Source of the DNA: a virus
Lineage: Duplodnaviria > Caudoviricetes
DNA: 52,892 bases
Reading direction: 5' to 3' (one strand)
IMG/VR virus record: IMGVR_UViG_3300038797_000099
Span: 1 to 52,892 of that record
Shown here: positions 45,885-52,892 of the stretch, piece by piece
How positions within the stretch are numbered: the first letter of the stretch is position 1
How the letters are laid out: every line of letters begins with the position of its first letter
The notes under the pieces: generated by a model
Told to the model about the DNA's origin: nothing
What the model saw: the letters and a program-made list of their open reading frames with translations, nothing else
Database searches by the model: none
Position numbers and translations under genes: made by a program

Positions 45885-46493
45885 ATGTGCTCAGCAATCA
45901 CCTACACGCCAATGACGAAAGTCATGTTGTCCGGCTCGCTTGCGAAGAAGTTTTTTCGAAGCAAGCCATTCCTTCTCGATGGCGGATCGGCCGTGGAGGT
46001 GTTCCGTGCGCTCAATGCGACCATCGATGGTTTCGCCGAAGAAATTAAACGACTGGAGCGCCTTGGGCTGAAGTTCGCGATCTTCCGAAATCGCGAAAAC
46101 ATCGGGATGGATGGATTCGATCTCGGCGGTACGCGCGAAATTCGCATTGTTCCGGTGATTGCCGGGAGCAAGCGTGCGGGCGGGCTGCAGACCATCGTCG
46201 GCACAGTGATGATCGCCGCAGCCTATGTACTGTCATTCACTCCATTTGCAGCCGCATCGCCGTTTTTGTATGCGGCCGGCGCGTCGATGGCGATCGGCGG
46301 CGTGATTCAGATGCTCAGCCCGCAGGCCTCAGGCCTTAAGCAAAGCGCATCCCCAGAAAACTCACCGTCCTACGCCTTCGGCAGCGCCAAGAACACCACA
46401 GCCAGCGGCAACCCGGTACCGATCTGCATCGGCGAACGCCGGTGGGGCGGGATGATCATCTCGGCCTCGATCCTGGCTGAAGATAAGGCCTGA
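45885..46493 (+). CDS. Tail assembly protein I
   Basis: IRIVPVIAGSK, SYAFG...GNPVP..G. Confidence 0.92.
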   Translation: MCSAITYTPMTKVMLSGSLAKKFFRSKPFLLDGGSAVEVFRALNATIDGFAEEIKRLERLGLKFAIFRNRENIGMDGFDLGGTREIRIVPVIAGSKRAGGLQTIVGTVMIAAAYVLSFTPFAAASPFLYAAGASMAIGGVIQMLSPQASGLKQSASPENSPSYAFGSAKNTTASGNPVPICIGERRWGGMIISASILAEDKA

Positions 46494-46554
46494 GCAAAAA
46501 CCCTCACTATGGCTAGGAAGGATTTCCCTTCCTTTCCAAAGGAGGTCTTCGCTC

Positions 46555-46653
46555 ATGAAAACGTTGTTACCGGTAATGACTCGAGTCGCTTCTAACTTGG
46601 TTTTCGTTGCCTATTACAGCTTCAAACTTTACGCGAGCCTTCACGGGTCGTGA
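46555..46653 (+). CDS. 32-aa peptide (MKTLLPVMTRVASNLVFVAYYSFKLYASLHGS)
   Basis: AAGGAGGT SD; own downstream terminator 46656-46679. Confidence 0.5.
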   Translation: MKTLLPVMTRVASNLVFVAYYSFKLYASLHGS

Positions 46654-46695
46654 GCAAGCCGCCTTGAGGCGGTTTTTTTATGCCTGGAGGAAAGC

Positions 46696-49600
46696 ATGGG
46701 CGCACCAGCAAAGATCGACATCCACGGCGAGAAGGGCGGGAGCAGCAAGCCGAAGTCGCCGACCGAAGCCAGCGACAGCCTGCGCTCGACCAACCTGGCA
46801 AAGCTGCTTATCGCCGTGGGCGAGGGTGAATTCGACAGCGTCCCGACCGATTACGACATCTACCTGGACAACACGCCGATCCGCGATGCCAGCGGCAACT
46901 ACAACTTCCCGAACGTGAAGTGGGACTGGCGCCCGGGCTCGGTGGATCAGACCTACATCCCGGGCATTCCTTCCGTTGAGAACGAGACGTCGCTGAACAT
47001 CGAACTACGCAGCGATTCGCCGTGGGTGCGCTCGATCACCAACACCCAGCTCTCCGCCGTGCGCATGCGTTTGGCCTGGCCGGCTCTGCAACGCTCGGAT
47101 GACCAGGGCAACGTCGGCGGCTACCGGATCGAGTACGCAATCGACGTGGCCACCGACGGCGGCGCCTATCAGCAGGTGCTGGTGGACGCAGGCGACGGCA
47201 AGACCACCACGCGCTACGAGCGCTCGCGCCGCATCGATTTGCCGGACGCCACCAATGGCTGGCAGATACGCGTGCGCCGCCTGACGCCGAACCAGAACAC
47301 CAACAAGATCGCCGACACCATGCTGGTTGCTGGCTATACCGAAGTCATCGACGCCAAGCTGCGCTACCCGAATACCGCGCTGCTCTACATCGAATTCGAC
47401 GCCGAGCAGTTCACCAACATCCCGGCCGTCACTGTGAAGTGCAAGGCGCGCCGCTGGATGGTCCCGAGCAACTACGACCCGATCGCCCGCACCTACACCG
47501 GGACGTGGGACGGCTCGATGAAATCGGCCTGGACCAATAACCCGGCGTGGATCACCTACGGCATCTGCACCGAAGACCGGTTCGGCCTGGGCAAGCGTAT
47601 CAAGCCCTTCATGGTCGACAAGTGGGAACTGTACCGCATCGCCCAGTATTGCGATCAGCTGGTGCCGAACGGACTGGGCGGCCAGGAACCGCGCTTCCTT
47701 TGCGACATGAACTTGCAAGGCAAGGCTGATGCCTGGTCGCTGCTGCGCGACATCTCGGCGATTTACCGGGGCATGACGTACTGGGCTCAGGGTCAACTGG
47801 TGATGCAGGCTGACATGCCGCGCGCGCAGGACTTCGACTATGTGTTCACCCGGTCGAACGTGATCGACGGTAAGTTCTCCTACGGCAGTGCCTCTGCGAA
47901 GACGCGGTACACCCGGGCGCTGGTCAGCTACGACAACCCGGCGAACAACTACGACACCGACGTCATTCCCTTCGCTGACCTTGATCTTCAACGCCGCTAT
48001 GGCGATCGTCCGACCGAGCTGAGCGCCATTGGCTGCACTCGTGCCTCCGAGGCCCAGCGCCGTGGCAAGTGGGCGATCCTCAGCAACAACCAAGACCGCA
48101 CGGTTTCGTTCAAGACTGGCATGGAAGGCGTTATCCCGCTGCCGGGCCATATCATCCCGGTGGCGGATTCGCTGCTGGCTGGCCGGGAAGTGGGCGGCCG
48201 GATCTCGGCGGTGGCGGGGCGGGTGATTACCCTCGATCGCGACACCCAGGCCAAGGCCGGCGACCGGCTGATCATCAACCTCCCCGGCGGCCGCGCCGAA
48301 GGTCGCACAGTGCAGAGCGTGAACGGGCGCGCGGTGACAGTCACGGTAGCCTACAGCGAGTCTCCGGTGGCGCAGTTGCAATGGGCGCTCGACGCGGACG
48401 ATCTGGCAATCCCGCTGTATCGGGTGCTGCGCACCAAGCGCACCACCGAGGGCGACTACGAAATCAGCGCGCTCCAGTTCGAACCGAGCAAGTTCGCTTT
48501 CATCGACACCGGTGCACGATTGGAAGAACGCCCGATCAGCGTGATCCCGATCACCGTCGTACCGGCGCCGGCGAGCGTTGCGCTTTCGTCGACTTCATCG
48601 GTTGTGCAGGGGCTGGCCGTGGCCACCATGACAATCACCTGGCCCGCCGTGGATGGCGCGGTTGGCTATGACGTGGAGTGGCGCAAGGACAGCGGCAACT
48701 GGATCAAGCTACAGCGCACCGGCATGACCAACGTGGACGTCGTCGGCATCTACGCTGGCGCCTATGTGGCACGGGTGCGCGCGGTGAGCGCCTTCGACAT
48801 CACGTCGCCGTGGCGCAACTCGATCCTGACCAACCTCAGCGGTAAGCAAGGGCTGCCACCGGCGCTGGCGTTCCTGACTGCCACGCCGCTGCTGTTCGGA
48901 ATCTACCTCAAGTGGGGATTCCCTGCTGGGGCCGAGGACAGCCAGCGCACCGAGATCTGGTACGGGCCGACGACTGAGCTGGATGCTGCGACCAAGCTGA
49001 CAGACCTGGCCTATCCGCAAAGCGATTTCTCCATGCTCGGCCTGCGCGCTGGTGTGACCTTCTATTTCTGGGGGCGCATCGTAGACAAGATCGGCAACAT
49101 CGGTCCGTGGTATCCGATCGGGCTTGGCGTGCAGGGGCAATCCAGCTCCGATGCTGCTGCCATTCTGGAGATGATCGCCGGGCAAATCACCGAAACGGAA
49201 CTGGGACAGGATCTGCGAGACGAGATCGACAAGATCCCCGGCCTGCAAGCTCAAATCGATGCGCTCGACGGCCTGAAAGGTTACAACCCAGATGCCACCT
49301 ACGAAGAGTACGACCTGGTGGTTCAGGGCAAGCGGATCTACCAGGCTACCGGCCCGGTACCGCTCAACATGCCACCGCCGAACCCGCTCTACTGGCTCGA
49401 CGTTGGGCAGACGGTCGAGACCGCCAATGGTCTTGCTCAACAGGTGGCGACCAACACCGCCGAGATAGTCGAACTTGATGGAGAGGTTACTGCTCAAGCG
49501 ACAGCGTTCCAGGCCTTGCGCGCATCCTTCCGCGATGACGACGGCGAGGGAGATTTGGATGATGCACTGAAAGGCTGGAGCAGTACCGCGTCGATTGCGA

Positions 49601-50262
49601 ATGAAGATCGAGTTAGGTCTTCCGAAAACCTTGCCACCGCGCAGAAGCTGACGACCCTCGATGCGACGGTGGCAGAAAGCGCGGCGAATGTTACGGACCT
49701 TCGGCAGGTTGTCGCCACTGACAAGGAAGCAACCGCGCAGGCTATCACTCAAGTAAGCGTCAAGGTTGGCGAGAACAGCGCCGCCATTCAGGAAACGTCA
49801 ACTGCCTACGCCGACACCACCGGCAAGCTCTCCACCATGTGGTCGGTGAAAATGCAGGTCACGGCAAATGGGCAATACGTCGCGGCCGGCATCGGTCTCG
49901 GCATCGAGAATACCGGTGCCGGCTTGCAGAGCCAGTTCCTTGTAAGCGCCGACCGCTTCGCCATCGTCAACACGATTGCCGGCGGCGCCATCTCAGTGCC
50001 GTTCGCAGTGCAGGGCGGGCAGGTGTTCATGAACTCGGCGTTCATTCAGGACGCATCTATCGGAAACGCCAAGATCGGTTTCTTCATCCAGTCGGACAAC
50101 TACATCGCCGGGGTTCAAGGCTGGCGCATCGACAAGGCTGGCAACTTCGAGTTGAACAGCCCGCTGGGCGGAGGGGCTCGCCAGGTCATTAACAACAACG
50201 GCGGTAAGGTGTTCGATGAGAACGGCGTGAAGCGCTACCAGTGGGGGAATCTCAACGCATGA
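46696..50262 (+). CDS. Tail tip / host specificity protein J
   Basis: GEGE, NNPAW, FN3 region, C-terminal SQFLVSADRFA. Confidence 0.95.
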   Translation: MGAPAKIDIHGEKGGSSKPKSPTEASDSLRSTNLAKLLIAVGEGEFDSVPTDYDIYLDNTPIRDASGNYNFPNVKWDWRPGSVDQTYIPGIPSVENETSLNIELRSDSPWVRSITNTQLSAVRMRLAWPALQRSDDQGNVGGYRIEYAIDVATDGGAYQQVLVDAGDGKTTTRYERSRRIDLPDATNGWQIRVRRLTPNQNTNKIADTMLVAGYTEVIDAKLRYPNTALLYIEFDAEQFTNIPAVTVKCKARRWMVPSNYDPIARTYTGTWDGSMKSAWTNNPAWITYGICTEDRFGLGKRIKPFMVDKWELYRIAQYCDQLVPNGLGGQEPRFLCDMNLQGKADAWSLLRDISAIYRGMTYWAQGQLVMQADMPRAQDFDYVFTRSNVIDGKFSYGSASAKTRYTRALVSYDNPANNYDTDVIPFADLDLQRRYGDRPTELSAIGCTRASEAQRRGKWAILSNNQDRTVSFKTGMEGVIPLPGHIIPVADSLLAGREVGGRISAVAGRVITLDRDTQAKAGDRLIINLPGGRAEGRTVQSVNGRAVTVTVAYSESPVAQLQWALDADDLAIPLYRVLRTKRTTEGDYEISALQFEPSKFAFIDTGARLEERPISVIPITVVPAPASVALSSTSSVVQGLAVATMTITWPAVDGAVGYDVEWRKDSGNWIKLQRTGMTNVDVVGIYAGAYVARVRAVSAFDITSPWRNSILTNLSGKQGLPPALAFLTATPLLFGIYLKWGFPAGAEDSQRTEIWYGPTTELDAATKLTDLAYPQSDFSMLGLRAGVTFYFWGRIVDKIGNIGPWYPIGLGVQGQSSSDAAAILEMIAGQITETELGQDLRDEIDKIPGLQAQIDALDGLKGYNPDATYEEYDLVVQGKRIYQATGPVPLNMPPPNPLYWLDVGQTVETANGLAQQVATNTAEIVELDGEVTAQATAFQALRASFRDDDGEGDLDDALKGWSSTASIANEDRVRSSENLATAQKLTTLDATVAESAANVTDLRQVVATDKEATAQAITQVSVKVGENSAAIQETSTAYADTTGKLSTMWSVKMQVTANGQYVAAGIGLGIENTGAGLQSQFLVSADRFAIVNTIAGGAISVPFAVQGGQVFMNSAFIQDASIGNAKIGFFIQSDNYIAGVQGWRIDKAGNFELNSPLGGGARQVINNNGGKVFDENGVKRYQWGNLNA

Positions 50263-50582
50263 GTTACGGCATGAGGATATGGGGCGCCGATGGGGCGCTC
50301 CAGCTGGATGAGAACTCATTCACGATTCGAGTCGTGCTCTCGGTGCAAGTGACCTTCGCGCTTGGTGCCAGCAAAGGAACGCAGGATTTCGCCCTCCCCG
50401 GCGTAGGCCCTGGTAACGGAACGGCAATCGTGGTCCCCATTGGAGCCTACCCGGAGTCTCAAATGCAGTTCGAAACCGAGATGCTCGACGGAGTTGTCCG
50501 CGTCTACAACTACACCCGGACGTACGCAGCGAGCACCACGTCTTCTGGAACCATGCGCCTGATCGTGATGAGGTGGAGCTGA
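50259..50582 (+). CDS. Tail-associated protein
   Basis: MSYGMRIWGADG; ATGA overlap with J. Confidence 0.78.
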   Translation: MSYGMRIWGADGALQLDENSFTIRVVLSVQVTFALGASKGTQDFALPGVGPGNGTAIVVPIGAYPESQMQFETEMLDGVVRVYNYTRTYAASTTSSGTMRLIVMRWS

Positions 50583-51262
50583 TGAGTTATGGCGTTCAGT
50601 TCACGAACAACAACAACGTCGTGACTTTGGATTCAGAGTTCTCGCGGCTGATGGTAATTGCGTCAGGGCGGTATGCACCAACACAGGAGGCGGGGCTCGG
50701 CTCGGTCACTACCTTCGCTCGGCCGGTTACTTCTGAGGAGCCTCCACTTGTATTTGTCCGGCCCGATACGATCAACGGTATAGCCGGGCTTTGCCGAATG
50801 AGGGTTCTTGGCTCAGCAGGTAACTGGACTGGCTTTTATGTCAGGGCATACGACGTAAACGCTGCCGGGCTGAATGGACGCTATTTTGTAGCTGCGTTTG
50901 GTGCCCAGCCAGTCGCGCAGTACGGCATGCGATTGTGGGACGGCGCAGGTAAGTTGCTGTTTGACTCTGGTACCCCAAACGCAACATTCACCCGAGCATT
51001 TCAGAACTGGAACTACGTCCGCTACGACACCAGCCAGCAGGGGCTGACACGCATTTTCTACAGCGTCCCGTTCAACTTTCCAGAGAACGAATTCATGCTG
51101 TTGAACACTTTCGGCATGCCAATGACTTCGGGGAGTGGGATTCCGCGCGAGCTTTACTGCTGGTGGGATTTCCCCAACAGCACGCTCTACGCCATCACCG
51201 TTGCCGCATCGAACCCTTTCGCTTTCTTCCTGCCGGCAGTGTTCGCCAAACAAGCCGCATAA
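50582..51262 (+). CDS. Tail-associated protein
   Basis: MSYGVQF..., YGMRLWDGAGKLLFDS. Confidence 0.78.
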   Translation: MSYGVQFTNNNNVVTLDSEFSRLMVIASGRYAPTQEAGLGSVTTFARPVTSEEPPLVFVRPDTINGIAGLCRMRVLGSAGNWTGFYVRAYDVNAAGLNGRYFVAAFGAQPVAQYGMRLWDGAGKLLFDSGTPNATFTRAFQNWNYVRYDTSQQGLTRIFYSVPFNFPENEFMLLNTFGMPMTSGSGIPRELYCWWDFPNSTLYAITVAASNPFAFFLPAVFAKQAA

Positions 51263-51282
51263 CCCATTTATAGGATATCTCC

Positions 51283-52533
51283 ATGCCCTGGTACAAAACG
51301 GGAACGGTTTCTGTCGTCCAAAATTCCAACGCGGTGATCGGCGCAGGCACCGCGTTTATTGCCAACAGCCGTGTTGGCGATGCTTTTCGCGGTCCGGACG
51401 GCGGCTGGTACGAGGTGACGAACATCGCGAGCGATACGGCGATGTCGATCTCGCCGAACTATCAAGGCTCGACCAACGTGTCTGGTGTTTACGCTCTGGC
51501 GCCGATGCAGGGTTACGTCAAGGATTCGGCAGACGCGCTTCGAGCGCTAGTCAATCAATTCGGCGGCGTATTGGCTGTGCTTGGCGAGACGCCCACGCAG
51601 ACTGGAGTAAGGCAGGCGCTCAACCTCGCGACTGCCGATGGGCTGCCTGAAGGTCAAACCAATAAATATGCGACACCAGCTACTGTTCGCGGCATCACGC
51701 TGACCGGACTTGACCTGACAGTGAAAACACCGGTCGTTTCGACTGACACGATTCTGGCGGCGTTAGGAAAACTTCAAGCCGGGAAGGCTGCTGCCGGGGC
51801 GAACACTGATATCACAGAGCTGAACGGCCTGACGAAAGCTGTCACTGCCGCTCAGGGCGGTGTATCGGCTGGTTACATTGAGGGCTTGATCCCTCAGTGG
51901 AATTCGGCGACATCGATCACTGTTTCGCCCGGTACCGCTTACATCCCGGGCGCGCAAAAGCCTCTGGTCGCAGCATCGCCCTTGACGCTTTCGGGCCTGT
52001 CATTGACCGCTAACGCCTGGTACTACCTTTACCTATACGACAACGCCGGCGTAACGGCCGTTGAACTGGTGACCACAGCCCCTGCCGCACCGTATAGCGG
52101 GACAGCGCGCACAAAGACAGCAAACACCAGTCGGCGATTTATCTGCGCCTTGAAGACTGGATCTTCTGGTCTTTTTGCTTTCCTGTGGATGGGGGACACC
52201 ATCCAATTTATGGAGACGTTCAGCGATCCGCCGTTTCGTGTTGTTTTACAAGCCCCGGCGAGCACTCCCACAACTTCTGACCTGTCGCCAGCCGTGCCGA
52301 TTACAACTCAAATCGCGTTGAGTATCGCCACGGCGAACGCCGGCGCATCTGCTTACGATATGTACTTCAGTACGCCCGAGCGTCAGCCCAAAGTGCTGCA
52401 GGTCGCATCAGGTGCAACATCCTCAACCCGGTCAGCCCTCCGGCTCGCAACCAGCCCAACGCAGCAAATCAGCAGATGGGTCTCTGGTGGTTCGCTGACC
52501 CTCGACGTTTACGGATACGGGAACGACAGATAA
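51283..52533 (+). CDS. Tail fibre protein
   Basis: MPWYKTGTVSV N-terminal fibre anchor; GANTDITEL repeat. Confidence 0.85.
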   Translation: MPWYKTGTVSVVQNSNAVIGAGTAFIANSRVGDAFRGPDGGWYEVTNIASDTAMSISPNYQGSTNVSGVYALAPMQGYVKDSADALRALVNQFGGVLAVLGETPTQTGVRQALNLATADGLPEGQTNKYATPATVRGITLTGLDLTVKTPVVSTDTILAALGKLQAGKAAAGANTDITELNGLTKAVTAAQGGVSAGYIEGLIPQWNSATSITVSPGTAYIPGAQKPLVAASPLTLSGLSLTANAWYYLYLYDNAGVTAVELVTTAPAAPYSGTARTKTANTSRRFICALKTGSSGLFAFLWMGDTIQFMETFSDPPFRVVLQAPASTPTTSDLSPAVPITTQIALSIATANAGASAYDMYFSTPERQPKVLQVASGATSSTRSALRLATSPTQQISRWVSGGSLTLDVYGYGNDR

Positions 52534-52892
52534 TGCCCTATGTAATCAACGCTACAGGATGGAACTCAGTAAGTGATGACTTTCAGGAAAGCGAGCTTTC
52601 GGAAGGCGAAACACTGGTTAGCGAAATACCACAGTGGTTCTACGAAAGGCTCGCGGCCGCTGAAGAGCAGGCGCTATTGATGGTTGCCGAGAACGCATGG
52701 CGCGAACAGGAGATTGGATCGATAGCCAATCAGCTGATGGCCTTGGAAGAGAGCGAGGCTACAGGAGAGGCCGCCGGTGCGCTTCCGGGCACTCGATCGC
52801 AGTGGCTTTCGTATCGCACCAAAGTTCGCGCCTGGAAAGAGGGTGCTGAGGGCTTTCCCGACTCAGCCCAACGACCCGCCCGACCGGAATAG
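52533..52892 (+). CDS. Tail fibre assembly chaperone
   Basis: W..YR..VRAW...FPD...RP motif. Confidence 0.75.
   Translation: MPYVINATGWNSVSDDFQESELSEGETLVSEIPQWFYERLAAAEEQALLMVAENAWREQEIGSIANQLMALEESEATGEAAGALPGTRSQWLSYRTKVRAWKEGAEGFPDSAQRPARPE

Larger units (their letters stand above)
1..52892. mobile_element. Temperate lambdoid siphovirus prophage (near complete; att sites and endolysin outside window)
   Basis: Integrase through tail fibre in canonical lambdoid synteny. Confidence 0.96.

Noticed and set aside
47005-48381. 458-aa minus-strand ORF
   Set aside because: Shadow of tail protein J
51283-52892. Tail-fibre diversification system (DGR or invertase)
   Set aside because: No reverse transcriptase, invertase or template repeat visible in the window

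Overview
The whole window is one temperate lambdoid (long non-contractile tail) prophage, most likely from a Pseudomonas host (inferred from gene families and operator/promoter style). It runs from the integrase stop codon (base 1) to a tail-fibre assembly gene (base 52892); att sites and the endolysin are not in the window. Gene order: int/xis; early-left accessory genes (Lar-like, ASCH-like, HNH, DUF4406, C5 DNA methyltransferase); exonuclease/RecT; structured pL leader; immunity region (cI/cro/cII-like, palindromic operators); Bro-N antirepressor; replication genes with iteron origin; ninB/ninG; Q-position gene with pR'/tR'; holin-like and spanin genes; terminase, portal, head; lambda-type tail (frameshifted chaperone, TMP, M, L, K, I, J); fibre. 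Several AT-richer morons are inserted, many on the opposite strand. The best candidates for something undescribed are: (1) a candidate defence cluster (DUF4238-like, putAbiC-like, HEPN-motif) interleaved with the methyltransferase; (2) a recurrent hairpin-plus-SD boundary module and short direct repeats that mark gene cassettes in the left arm; (3) a ~45-nt antisense RNA over the antirepressor RBS; (4) a twice-repeated CGACAC-N20-GTGTCG element; (5) structured non-coding RNAs in the pL and late leaders; (6) an SD-sequestered 32-aa peptide between tail genes I and J. All family calls come from motif recognition and synteny, not from database searches.
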